This document shows positions 20,528-29,816 of a DNA stretch of 64,000 bases, one piece after another (position 1 is the stretch's first letter; each line of letters starts with the position of its first letter). Location: positions 13,631-77,630 of the forward strand of contig JBAZTE010000019.1 of NCBI GenBank assembly GCA_041662065.1, given 5' to 3'. The position numbers were made by a program, and so were the translations under genes. The notes below the pieces were generated by a model. It had not been told where the DNA came from. It saw only the letters and a list, made by a program, of their open reading frames with translations, and did no database searches. This DNA is from Bacteroidales bacterium (GTDB lineage: Bacteria > Bacteroidota > Bacteroidia > Bacteroidales > UBA12481).

Positions 20528-20566
20528 CCCCGGAGAATTGTCATCCCCGCGAAGGCGGGGACCCCG
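20528..20566. repeat. REP-like hairpin element, copy 2
   Basis: The sequence is CCCCGGAGAATTGTCATCCCCGCGAAGGCGGGGACCCC. Confidence 0.8.
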
Positions 20567-20631
20567 TCACGCTATACGAATCTCTGCAACAGCACTCACA
20601 CTCGGCACCTATACCTTAAACTCTGAAACCC

Positions 20632-21096
20632 ATGAACCTACGACCCCGAATGCTCTCCAAAACTGAGGAAATGGAGAAAATCATTAATGAAGCCCAAGTT
20701 TGTTATCTGGGTATGGCGGAAGAAAATCATCCCTATGTGCTGCCTATGAATTTTGCGTATGAAACAGGCGCTTTTTACATCCATGCCGCTCCTGAAGGAT
20801 ATAAACTGGAAGTTTTAAAAGCGAACCCCGATGTCTGTCTTAATATCAATACCGGAAACGAAGTTTTCCACCGGCACAAGGAAGTTGGCTGTTCCTGGGG
20901 CATGCGTTTCAAAAGTGTCAATGCCTTTGGAAAGGCCGCTTCTGTTGAGGATTATAAGGAAAAATACAGGATCATGCAACTGTTCATGTCGAAATTCTCA
21001 GGCGAAACCTATGAATTTTCTGAACCGTCGATCCGGAACGTGGCGATATTCAAAATCAGTATTGAAAAGATGACCGGTAAGGTTTACGGGTACTAA
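20632..21096 (+). CDS. Pyridoxamine 5'-phosphate oxidase-family FMN-binding protein
   Basis: 154 aa. The pattern VCYLGMAEENHPYVLPMNFAYE is typical of the PNPOx-like split barrel. Confidence 0.6.
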   Translation: MNLRPRMLSKTEEMEKIINEAQVCYLGMAEENHPYVLPMNFAYETGAFYIHAAPEGYKLEVLKANPDVCLNINTGNEVFHRHKEVGCSWGMRFKSVNAFGKAASVEDYKEKYRIMQLFMSKFSGETYEFSEPSIRNVAIFKISIEKMTGKVYGY

Positions 21097-21114
21097 TATT
21101 TAAATGTTTACGTT

Positions 21115-21315
21115 ATGGAAGACAAGGCCATATCCTATCGGAAAGCAATCGAGGAAATTGAGACCATCCTGAAAAAGATTGAGAATCAGGAACTGGATGT
21201 CGATGACCTGGGCTCAAAACTTAAAAGGGTCAACGAATTGGTAAAGGTTTGCAAGAAAAAGCTGCATACTGCCGAAAAGGAGGTAGAAAAGATTATCAAT
21301 GAAATGGATTCTTAA
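21115..21315 (+). CDS. xseB: Exodeoxyribonuclease VII small subunit
   Basis: This is a 66-aa helical protein reading SYRKAIEEIETILKKIENQELDVDDL. Confidence 0.75.
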   Translation: MEDKAISYRKAIEEIETILKKIENQELDVDDLGSKLKRVNELVKVCKKKLHTAEKEVEKIINEMDS

Positions 21316-21378
21316 CGAGTCTTAATTTTTGTTAATCCCGTTGAATGAATGCAGATTGTTGTTTTCATTAATGGAGAC

Positions 21379-21397
21379 TTTTTTATCTTTACCGCCT
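21379..21397 (+). promoter_or_regulatory. Shared 19-nt promoter-region motif TTTTTTATCTTTACCGCCT
   Basis: An identical 19-mer lies at 45343-45361. It contains TATCTTTA, a near -7 box. Confidence 0.45.
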
Positions 21398-21442
21398 AAA
21401 TAAATACTAACTGACTAATAAACTGATTAATAAAAGGAATTA

Positions 21443-22417
21443 ATGATGAAAGGTATGAACTTTATCCGTGTTGCCCTCTTAAGCATTCTCTGTTTCGTTT
21501 CGATTCAGATTTTACAGGCCCAGGATGTGAATGAAGCCAAGACAGCGTACAATACTGCCTTGCAGACCATGAAGTCTGATCCCGCAAGTGCAGTAAAATC
21601 ACTGCAGACATGTATTGATCTTTGTGATAAAATCGGAGCCCCGGGCGATTCCGTCAAGATTGCAGCACGCTCAAAGTTTGCAGAAACCTATTACAATCTG
21701 GCTCTGAACCAGGCCAGGGATAAAAAACTGGACGAAGCCCTTGTAAACTTTAAACAAGCTCAGAAATACGGTCAGGAAACCAATAACGCCGAAGTATTAA
21801 AAAGAACCATTCCTGCTATGGTCCGCATTTATTCCATGCAGGCAAATACTTTCCTATCACAGAAGGATATTGTCAATGCACAGAATACCCTGAATCTTGC
21901 GCTCCAACTCGATACCCTTAATCCAACGGTATGGCTGGTACAAACGAAGATCTATCAGGAAACCGGTAACTCTGACGGAGTACAGTCGGCGATTGCCAAA
22001 TGTCTGGCAATCAGCAAAAACCCCAATGAAACCAGGCAGGCCACACAGTCCGGGGCGAATTATTTTTTAAGTATCGGTTCAAAAGCGGTCATCGCCAACA
22101 AATTCGATGAAGCGACTGTAAGCCTTGAAAAGGCCATTTCTTATGATGATAAAAACAAAGATATCCTAACCTTCCTGGCAAAAGCCTATAACGGTGGCGC
22201 TCAATGGGACAAAGCATTGGAGACTGCCAATAAGGGTATTGCACTTGAGGAAGATGTACCTGAAAAAGAAGCTAAATTCTATTTTGAAGTTGGTCTGGCA
22301 TACAAAGGTAAGGGCGAAAAAGCCAATGCATGCAATGCATTTAAAAAAGCGATGGTTGGTCAATATCTGGAGAGTGCAAAATATGAAATCGATGTTGATC
22401 TCAAATGCGGCAAATAA
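21443..22417 (+). CDS. Secreted TPR-repeat protein
   Basis: A signal peptide is followed by repeated A/Y/L-rich 34-aa helical motifs. Confidence 0.6.
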   Translation: MMKGMNFIRVALLSILCFVSIQILQAQDVNEAKTAYNTALQTMKSDPASAVKSLQTCIDLCDKIGAPGDSVKIAARSKFAETYYNLALNQARDKKLDEALVNFKQAQKYGQETNNAEVLKRTIPAMVRIYSMQANTFLSQKDIVNAQNTLNLALQLDTLNPTVWLVQTKIYQETGNSDGVQSAIAKCLAISKNPNETRQATQSGANYFLSIGSKAVIANKFDEATVSLEKAISYDDKNKDILTFLAKAYNGGAQWDKALETANKGIALEEDVPEKEAKFYFEVGLAYKGKGEKANACNAFKKAMVGQYLESAKYEIDVDLKCGK

Positions 22418-22441
22418 CAGAGGTGACAACAAAAATATTAG

Positions 22442-22474
22442 CATCCGGGATCAAAAGTCCCGGATGTTTTTTTT
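22442..22474 (+). terminator. Rho-independent terminator
   Basis: The stem CATCCGGGA / TCCCGGATG is followed by T8. Confidence 0.8.
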
Positions 22475-22511
22475 GTACATTACCCTTCAGAATTATACGA
22501 TTGGCGGAATA

Positions 22512-23876
22512 ATGAAAAAACTGATATCTACCCTGATAGCCGTCCTGGTTGTAACGATCGCAATCAAAGCTCAGACGGTAAAGATCGCCTGTGTCGGTAA
22601 TTCAATCACTTACGGCTCTGGAATTGACGACCGGGACAAAATGTCATATCCCGCTCAGTTGCAAGGCTGGATGGGTTCCAGGTATACTGTACGCAATTTC
22701 GGCGTTTCCGGCGCCACCATGCTTCGCAACGGAGATAAACCTTACTGGAAAGAACCTGAATACGAAGAAGTTATTAAATTCGAACCCGACATTATCATTA
22801 TCAAGCTCGGGACCAACGATTCAAAGCCGCAGAACTGGAAATTTGCCAATGAATTTGAAAAGGACTATACTGATATGATAATGGCATTCAAGGCTTTGGA
22901 CTCCAAGCCCCGGGTTCTGTTAGCGCTGCCGGTACCGGTTTTTGTCCCCGAAAAATGGGGAATCAGGGATTCCATCGTGCGCGACCGGATCATACCCATC
23001 ATCAAGAATATTTCAAAGGCCACCAAATGCCAGTATATCGATCTTTATACCACTTTGCTGCCCTATAAATGGACTTTCCCGGATGATGTCCATCCTAATT
23101 CCATCGGCGCTTCCGTGATGGTGGAGCAGATATACCGTGCACTGTTTTACAAAGATAAAATGCATGGTTCCGGATATCTGAATACCGCCATCGTGCCGGC
23201 TCCCGGTGCAGAATGCCGCGGAGCTGCGGCCGGTTGGGGCGAAGGGAATGACTGGTACAGCCAGTTTGAAGCCATCAATAAAATCGGAAAAGACCGCAAG
23301 GTCGATCTGGTCCTGCTTGGCAATTCCATTACTCAGGGATGGGGGGGAGAGGGCCGGTCCGTTTGGTCAGCCGCACCTGCGATCTGGGATTCCCTGCTCA
23401 AACCCATGAATGCCGCAAATTTCGGTATTTCCGGTGACCGCACCCAGCACCTCCTCTGGCGCATTCAGAACGGGAACTTCGACAACATCAAGCCAAAGGT
23501 AATCGCAGTCGAGATTGGCGTTAATAATTTCCCTTACCATACGGCGGAAGAAATCTCCGACGGAATCCATGCCATCGTCAAGGCTTTGCAAAAGAAGGTT
23601 CCATCGGCCAGGATACTCCTGTTCGGCCCGCTGCCCACCGGATTAACCAGCATAGACCCAAGCCGTCAGAAATACCATAAGATACACCACCTGATCCATG
23701 ATCTTGATAATGATAAGAGCGTATTCTATCTCAATATGGACAAGCGTTTCATTAATGCCGACGGGTCTTTGACTGAAGGGCTGATGGCCGGTGACGGAAT
23801 ACACCTGACGGCTGAAGGTTATAAGGTTTGGGCCAGTGTGTTGGTGCCACAGGCACGGAGGCTGTTTAATAAATAG
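22512..23876 (+). CDS. Tandem-domain SGNH/GDSL hydrolase (two esterase modules)
   Basis: Two block-I motifs are present: IACVGNSITYGSG and LVLLGNSITQGWG. The signal peptide is MKKLISTLIAVLVV. The track start 22194 is rejected. Confidence 0.8.
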   Translation: MKKLISTLIAVLVVTIAIKAQTVKIACVGNSITYGSGIDDRDKMSYPAQLQGWMGSRYTVRNFGVSGATMLRNGDKPYWKEPEYEEVIKFEPDIIIIKLGTNDSKPQNWKFANEFEKDYTDMIMAFKALDSKPRVLLALPVPVFVPEKWGIRDSIVRDRIIPIIKNISKATKCQYIDLYTTLLPYKWTFPDDVHPNSIGASVMVEQIYRALFYKDKMHGSGYLNTAIVPAPGAECRGAAAGWGEGNDWYSQFEAINKIGKDRKVDLVLLGNSITQGWGGEGRSVWSAAPAIWDSLLKPMNAANFGISGDRTQHLLWRIQNGNFDNIKPKVIAVEIGVNNFPYHTAEEISDGIHAIVKALQKKVPSARILLFGPLPTGLTSIDPSRQKYHKIHHLIHDLDNDKSVFYLNMDKRFINADGSLTEGLMAGDGIHLTAEGYKVWASVLVPQARRLFNK

Positions 23877-23896
23877 AAGAAGGAAGTATAAATGTT

Positions 23897-24043
23897 GAGA
23901 TTCGAGGACCAATTCTGAATTCCGATTTAGGAGATTCAGGTGTGCCTGAAGTGTTGCACTCCCTGTCTGAACGCACACATTGTTCCGTCTCACGCTTCAC
24001 GCTTCACGTGTCACGATGAAGATTGTCACTCGTCACTCGTAAC
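23897..24043. repeat. Composite word-repeat block
   Basis: It contains GAGATTCGAGGACCAATT, then CACGCTTCACGCTTCACG (reverse complement of 42701-42718), then GTCACTCGTCACTCGT (reverse complement of 30886-30904). Confidence 0.8.
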
Positions 24044-24056
24044 TATAAGTAACATC

Positions 24057-24626
24057 ATGAAAATCAAACTATTAATACTCCTGGGTCTGATGCAGGTCAC
24101 ACTTATCGCCGGTGCGCAGGAGGCTCAGAGGCCGGTAGTGAAGCCGGTCCGGTTTTTTATCGGCATACAGCCGGGGTTTATGCCTACCTTTCCTGATCAG
24201 TGGGGCTATACGGTCTGGGACTTGAATGTAGTTCCACTCACCATGGAATATGCAATCAACCGTCACTGGGCACTCCGTTTGCACTCGATATACAATTTGG
24301 GGGTCGGATCATATAACCAGGGACCAAAGCCGTCGAACATGGGACTTGAGATTGCAGCACCCTTTTATATGTCCCTGAAAAACAGCGAAGAGGGTCACAG
24401 GGGCTTCTATCTGGCTCCCATCATCACACCGGGGTATAACCTGTTTCCAGCTTATTATACCTTTGGTTTCGGGGCTGAAGCCGGATTTTCCTTTTTGTTC
24501 GGAAATAAATGGAGCTTAAGCATTGGTGCTCAAGCCGGGATAAAATTCCAGAAAATTCCGGAGGAATCATTTATCCGGCGTATCCCCTACTCGATCCCGG
24601 CTATCTCCTTGGGAATATGGCTATAA
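24057..24626 (+). CDS. Hypothetical outer-membrane beta-barrel-like protein
   Basis: The signal peptide is MKIKLLILLGLMQVTLIAGAQE. The body has alternating aromatic/Gly-rich strands and ends in an aromatic-rich segment. Confidence 0.4.
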   Translation: MKIKLLILLGLMQVTLIAGAQEAQRPVVKPVRFFIGIQPGFMPTFPDQWGYTVWDLNVVPLTMEYAINRHWALRLHSIYNLGVGSYNQGPKPSNMGLEIAAPFYMSLKNSEEGHRGFYLAPIITPGYNLFPAYYTFGFGAEAGFSFLFGNKWSLSIGAQAGIKFQKIPEESFIRRIPYSIPAISLGIWL

Positions 24627-26987
24627 CCTGATCCTGATCCCTCCCATGAAATTGATTCCGGCCTGAGGAAAGTATCCATCCATTTTACCGCGGTTGCCTT
24701 TATAATAATAACTGTACACCCAGGCGTTGGTTTCGTATTGATGATTCAACAAATTATTAATTTGAAAAAACAGCACCAATTCCTTGACCCTTTGAGGTTT
24801 CATTGTCCAATCAAGGGAAATGTTATTGATCCAGTAAGGGTCAAGTGACCGGATCAGGTCTGAACTATTATCAATAAACTGGCGTCCAACGTACCGGCTA
24901 TCCCATACAAATCTTAAATCATTCAAAATCAACCAGCTCAGGCGGCCGCCTGAAATAATTTCCGGGGAAAAAGCCAGATTGGTCTGTCCCAGGACGGCTG
25001 TCCGTTGACCCCCGGTATCCCAGTCATCGACAAACTCGGTGAAATTGCGGATACTATTCCTGCTGAGAGTGAGGTTCAGCATAAGCTCGACCGTTTTGAA
25101 CGGGTTGATTTTTACAGAAGATTCTATACCAGTTCGGAAACTCGAAGGTATATTCACCATGATCGGCGCTCCCACGTCATTGATCTGACCGGTAAGGATC
25201 AGCTGATCCTTGTAATCCATCCAATAAAAGGTCAATCCGGCGGAAACCAGACGGGTGTCCAGCTGATAACCAGCCTCCACATCGCGGAGGATTTCCGGTT
25301 TTATTGCCTGATTGACAGGTGCATCCACAAAATTACCGCGGGTCGGCTCACGGTGGGCAATCGCGTAACTGATAAAAGATTTCTGGTTTTCAGCCATTTC
25401 ATAGGTCACGCCGAATTTCGGATTCAGGAAATGATACTGATGAGTTTGTGTAATATTTGCCTGATTGTCATCGATACCTGATATGCGGTAATTGATGGTG
25501 CGGTACTGCAAATCAGCATATAAGGAGGCTTTTGCAAGAACCTGCCAATTCATTTTAACGAACTGATTGGCATCCGTTTTAATTCCTTTGTTGAAATAAT
25601 ATTCGTGATCAGGACCGGCATCCGAAGCAAATTGGGACCAGATGACCCGGCCGAAATGATCGCCGTAATACTGATTCATTCCACCCCCGGCTGTAAGAGT
25701 CAATGCTTTACGATGGTAATTTAATGTATAAACGGCTCCGTAAAATTGATTTCTCAGCCACTTTCTTCGGACCAGGTCGCAGGATGAAATGGTGTCTGAA
25801 CCCATGATGACCGGGGCGATCAGGTAATCTGCCAAAGCTTCCTCCTCGCGGTATTGCTCATAGTATCCTGAACCGCCGGTATAATGAAGGGCCACACTGA
25901 GATCCAGATTTCTCCTTAGCTGAGAGGACCAATGCAACTGGGCATTATTTTGCAGATAATCATCCACTTCATCTTTATAGGTATAAGGATTATTGGTCCG
26001 GTTTGTGGTAAGCATTTCAGAGGGAACTCCTCCCCAGGCCTGGTATGTCCGTTCTTTTCCGGTAAAAAAAGTGGTCTTGATGATGTTCTTTTTAGAATAA
26101 TATCCGGCCGAAAGATAGGCCGAACCAAGATCTGTATAGGCGCGGTCGATAAAACCATCGGAGTGGATCTTTGTAAGCCGCACGTCCATGGTGAAATGGT
26201 CATTAATCAGACCGGTACCCGCATTGAGACTGGTTTTCCATGTGTTGAAAGATCCGGCTGACGCATTAAATTCCGCGGAGGGTGCGGATTTCATTGCCAG
26301 GGTTTGAAAATTGATGTTGGCACCGAATGCCGCTGCCCCCTGGGTGGATGATCCCACGCCTCTTTGCACCTGGATGTTTTCCGTTGAAGAAAGAATATCC
26401 GGGATATCGACCCAATATACCTCATGTGATTCGCTGTCGTTGAAAGGAACTCCATTGATAGTCACATTGATACGAGAAGCATCCGTCCCCCTGATGCGCA
26501 GGGCTGAATAGCCAACCCCGGTTCCGGCATCGGAGGTTGCCACTACGGAGGGTGAATTGAGCAGGAGGTAAGGTATATCCCGGGTCTGGTTTTCTGACCT
26601 GATCTGTTCCTGACCGATGTTGAAATAGGTTACCGGGTCCTTCGATCCGGCTCTCGTACCCCGGATAATCACCTCATCCCCCATAACAGGCGTGGCTTTC
26701 ATCTGTATAGAAATTTTCACCGGACCGGCAAGATCCAACGGGTATTCCTGCTTTTGAAAGCCAACGAAGGAAAATATCAAAGTGTATTTTCCCGGTGGAA
26801 CCGACTTGAGTAAAAAGGTCCCGTCATCCTTGGTCATCACACCCATAAAGGTATGATCGATCAATACATTAGCCCCCGCAAGGGGCTGATCCTGTTCGTC
26901 TGTAACCTTCCCGGTAATCGTTAGCTGCGCTGAAGCCGCCAAAGCAACGAAGCAGGATGCTGCAATCAGCATAATCCTTTTAATCAT
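24621..26987 (-). CDS. TonB-dependent receptor controlled by a TPP riboswitch
   Basis: The carboxypeptidase-regulatory-like N-domain reads LTITGKVTDEQDQPLAGANVLI, followed by plug and barrel regions. ATG 26987 gives the signal peptide MIKRIMLIAASCFVALAASAQ. Confidence 0.85.
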   Translation of the reverse strand: MIKRIMLIAASCFVALAASAQLTITGKVTDEQDQPLAGANVLIDHTFMGVMTKDDGTFLLKSVPPGKYTLIFSFVGFQKQEYPLDLAGPVKISIQMKATPVMGDEVIIRGTRAGSKDPVTYFNIGQEQIRSENQTRDIPYLLLNSPSVVATSDAGTGVGYSALRIRGTDASRINVTINGVPFNDSESHEVYWVDIPDILSSTENIQVQRGVGSSTQGAAAFGANINFQTLAMKSAPSAEFNASAGSFNTWKTSLNAGTGLINDHFTMDVRLTKIHSDGFIDRAYTDLGSAYLSAGYYSKKNIIKTTFFTGKERTYQAWGGVPSEMLTTNRTNNPYTYKDEVDDYLQNNAQLHWSSQLRRNLDLSVALHYTGGSGYYEQYREEEALADYLIAPVIMGSDTISSCDLVRRKWLRNQFYGAVYTLNYHRKALTLTAGGGMNQYYGDHFGRVIWSQFASDAGPDHEYYFNKGIKTDANQFVKMNWQVLAKASLYADLQYRTINYRISGIDDNQANITQTHQYHFLNPKFGVTYEMAENQKSFISYAIAHREPTRGNFVDAPVNQAIKPEILRDVEAGYQLDTRLVSAGLTFYWMDYKDQLILTGQINDVGAPIMVNIPSSFRTGIESSVKINPFKTVELMLNLTLSRNSIRNFTEFVDDWDTGGQRTAVLGQTNLAFSPEIISGGRLSWLILNDLRFVWDSRYVGRQFIDNSSDLIRSLDPYWINNISLDWTMKPQRVKELVLFFQINNLLNHQYETNAWVYSYYYKGNRGKMDGYFPQAGINFMGGIRIRL

Positions 26988-27023
26988 CGTATGTAACAAT
27001 TATAACCAGGCCATAAGTCCCCG

Positions 27024-27116
27024 TGGCCACTCTCCCTTCGCCGGCATTATCCGTATCAGGTTCTAAGGGTATGATCTCAGCCCGTAATTTTAAGGCACCC
27101 CCTTAGAGGACGGCAT
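27024..27116 (-). promoter_or_regulatory. TPP (THI-box) riboswitch
   Basis: The minus strand reads GGGGTGCC..GCTGAGATCATACCCTTAGAACCTGATACGGATAATGCCGGCGAAGGGAG. This matches the conserved GGGGUGC / CUGAGA / ACCUGAU / GGAUAAUGCC / AGGGA blocks. Confidence 0.85.
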
Positions 27117-27144
27117 AAAGATAATACATAAAATAAAAACGCAC

Positions 27145-27174
27145 CAAATGTATTTGCAACAGATTCCAAATCAA
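27145..27174 (-). promoter_or_regulatory. Bacteroidota-type promoter (-33 TTTG, 18-nt spacer, -7 TACATTTG)
   Basis: Plus-strand CAAATGTA at 27145-27152 and CAAA at 27171-27174 lie just upstream of the riboswitch. Confidence 0.55.
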
Positions 27175-27181
27175 AATGTTC

Positions 27182-27219
27182 AAAAAAAAAGCCGACCGGG
27201 AAAAAATCCCCGGCCGGCT
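27182..27219 (-). terminator. Rho-independent terminator of trx
   Basis: The minus strand reads AGCCGGCCGGGG-attttttc-CCGGTCGGCT followed by T9. Confidence 0.85.
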
Positions 27220-27251
27220 AAACCCAAACCAAACAAACCAAAATCACAAAC

Positions 27252-27626
27252 TTATTTCAAATCAACCAAATCAACTTTAAGTACTTCCGAAAATGCCTGC
27301 TTAAAGGATTCTTTCGGCATAGCGCCTTTCGCCATGGCGGGCTGTCCTTCCAAAGGAATGAACAAAATCGACGGAATACTCTGAATGGCAAACATACTCG
27401 CCAATTCCTTTTCCGCTTCGGTATCTACTTTAAATATATTGACTTTCCCGTTATACTCGGCTGCAAGATCCTCGAGCACAGGGGCAACCATCTTACAAGG
27501 TCCGCACCAATCGGCATAAAAATCAACTACAGCAGGGAGGGTTCCTTCAAATTTCCATTCGCTGTTTTTTTCGAAGTTAAATACTTTCTCTTTAAAGGTT
27601 TCCAGTGTCAGATGCTCCAGTGCCAT
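27252..27626 (-). CDS. trxA: Thioredoxin
   Basis: The WCGPCK active site is present in a 124-aa protein. Confidence 0.85.
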   Translation of the reverse strand: MALEHLTLETFKEKVFNFEKNSEWKFEGTLPAVVDFYADWCGPCKMVAPVLEDLAAEYNGKVNIFKVDTEAEKELASMFAIQSIPSILFIPLEGQPAMAKGAMPKESFKQAFSEVLKVDLVDLK

Positions 27627-27798
27627 TTTAATCCCTTCCTCTATTGTTTGTTATAAGACAATTAAATTCTTTGAATGTTTAAATCTGCAGAACAATTCGT
27701 CGGCAAATCTAGTTATTTACATTTATCTATATATCAATATCTGTGCCTTTCTCTCCGGCAGATAAAATTTGGTAATTTTGTCAGCCATATATAACGAT

Positions 27799-29262
27799 AT
27801 GTCATTTTCTCTTGTAAAAAAGCTCGACCATCCGGTTTTCAAGGTTGTTTCTGAGATTTCATCTGCCGAAGGTATTGATACTTATGTAATTGGAGGTTAC
27901 GTCAGGGATCTTATCCTGCACCGCCGATCAGAAGACATCGATATCATGGTAGTTGGAAACGGGATCGGGCTGGCCAACAAAGCCGCCGAGAAGTTAGGAA
28001 CGTCCAAAGTTCAGGTTTTTAAGAACTTCGGCACAGCCATGATTCGCTATAAGGATCTTGACATTGAATTTGTGGGGGCCAGACGGGAATCTTACACTCC
28101 TGGTTCCAGAAAACCTGACGTAGAAACCGGCACACTTGAAGATGATCAAAAGCGTCGCGACTTCACCATTAATGCGCTGGCTATCAGTCTTAACCAATCA
28201 AACTATGGAGAACTGATCGATCCTTTTCACGGATTACAGGATATGGAAGACGGAATAATCCGCACCCCACTCGACCCCGACATCACTTTTTCCGACGACC
28301 CGTTGAGAATGATGCGGGCGGTAAGGTTTGCCACCCAGTTGAAATTTCATATCGCCGAAGAAACCATTGATTCGATTATCCGTAATTGCCATCGGATTGA
28401 GATTGTATCAGCCGAAAGAATCTCTGATGAACTGAACAAGATTATTTTATCTGCCAAACCGTCAATAGGATTCAGACTATTGGATGATACCGGATTACTG
28501 AAGATCATCTTCCCGGAATTATATGCTTTAAAAGGCATTGAAGAACGGAAAGGGGTTCGCCACAAGGATAATTTCATGCACACGATAAGGGTTTTGGATA
28601 ATATCAGTCCCCACACCAATGACCTTTGGTTACGTTGGGCAACGGTGCTGCATGATATTGCCAAGCCGGTCACCAAACGTTTCGACACCCAGCTGGGGTG
28701 GACCTTTCACGGACACAATCATTTTGGTACCCGTATGGTTTCGCAGATTTTCAGACGGATGAAGCTGCCAATGAATGAAAAGATGAAGTTCGTTGAAAAG
28801 ATGGTTAACCTCCATATGAGGCCGATCGTACTCTCGCAGGAAATCGTGACTGACTCGGCCGTCAGGAGACTGTTGTATGAGGCCGGCGATGATATTGATG
28901 ACCTGATGACCTTGTGTGAAGCTGACATAACTTCAGGTATCCGGGAAAAGGTGGATCGTTACCTGCAGAATTTCCAGCTGGTCCGTCAGAAACTGGTCGA
29001 GATCGAAGAAAAGGACCGCATGAGAAATTGGCAGCCTCCGATCACCGGTGAAGAAATCATGCAGGTTTTTGGCATATCGCCCAGCCGTCCGGTCGGAGAA
29101 ATTAAAAATACCATCCGCGATGCAATCCTCGACGGCATCATCCATAATGAGCGTAATGAAGCCTGGACACTGATGATTGAAACCGGCATCAAATTGGGTT
29201 TAAGCCCGTTATCCGGATTTGAGAAGCCTATACCTGAAAAAAATCAAAAAGATGAAGACTGA
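27799..29262 (+). CDS. tRNA nucleotidyltransferase / poly(A) polymerase-family protein with HD domain
   Basis: Motifs GGYVRDLIL..DIDI and RRDFTINALA are present, and the HD region reads LHDIAKP. Confidence 0.8.
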   Translation: MSFSLVKKLDHPVFKVVSEISSAEGIDTYVIGGYVRDLILHRRSEDIDIMVVGNGIGLANKAAEKLGTSKVQVFKNFGTAMIRYKDLDIEFVGARRESYTPGSRKPDVETGTLEDDQKRRDFTINALAISLNQSNYGELIDPFHGLQDMEDGIIRTPLDPDITFSDDPLRMMRAVRFATQLKFHIAEETIDSIIRNCHRIEIVSAERISDELNKIILSAKPSIGFRLLDDTGLLKIIFPELYALKGIEERKGVRHKDNFMHTIRVLDNISPHTNDLWLRWATVLHDIAKPVTKRFDTQLGWTFHGHNHFGTRMVSQIFRRMKLPMNEKMKFVEKMVNLHMRPIVLSQEIVTDSAVRRLLYEAGDDIDDLMTLCEADITSGIREKVDRYLQNFQLVRQKLVEIEEKDRMRNWQPPITGEEIMQVFGISPSRPVGEIKNTIRDAILDGIIHNERNEAWTLMIETGIKLGLSPLSGFEKPIPEKNQKDED

Positions 29263-29815
29263 TTTCAAACCGGGTACCATGATTTATCCGGTACCGGCCG
29301 TACTGGTGAGTTGCGGTGAAACCGAAAGCGAATACAACCTGATAACCATAGCCTGGACAGGTACCATATGCACCACTCCACCCATGTGTTATATATCAGT
29401 CAGGCCTGAAAGGCACTCCTACGCGATCATTAAACGCACGGGCGAATTTGTCATCAACCTTACGACCATAGAGATGACCAAAAAGGTGGATTGGTGCGGC
29501 GTCAGATCCGGCAGGGATTTCAACAAATTCAAAGAAATGAACCTGACCCCGGGGCCTTCGAAACTGGTGAAAGCTCCGATCCTGATGGAATCGCCGGTCA
29601 ACATTGAATGCCGGGTGACCGATATCAAGGAATTGGGCAGCCACCACATGTTTATTGCTGAAGTGATTAATATCCAGGTAAATGAAAAGCTCATCAATAC
29701 CGATACGGGTAAGCTCAACATCCTGGATTCCGGTTTGGTAGCGTATGTTCACGGTAACTATTGCGTGATGGGCAAACGCATCGGGACTTTCGGGTACAGC
29801 GTGGCGAGGAAGTAA
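29252..29815 (+). CDS. Flavin reductase-like FMN-binding protein
   Basis: The ~187-aa protein reads YPVPAVLVSCGE...NLITIAWTG, typical of the flavin reductase family. Confidence 0.65.
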   Translation: MKTDFKPGTMIYPVPAVLVSCGETESEYNLITIAWTGTICTTPPMCYISVRPERHSYAIIKRTGEFVINLTTIEMTKKVDWCGVRSGRDFNKFKEMNLTPGPSKLVKAPILMESPVNIECRVTDIKELGSHHMFIAEVINIQVNEKLINTDTGKLNILDSGLVAYVHGNYCVMGKRIGTFGYSVARK

Positions 29816-29816
29816 C

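Noticed and set aside
22194-22511. The SGNH hydrolase ORF has a long N-terminal extension starting at 22194.
   Set aside because: The extension overlaps the TPR gene in another frame and runs through a strong rho-independent terminator (22442-22474). A good signal peptide starts at ATG 22512.
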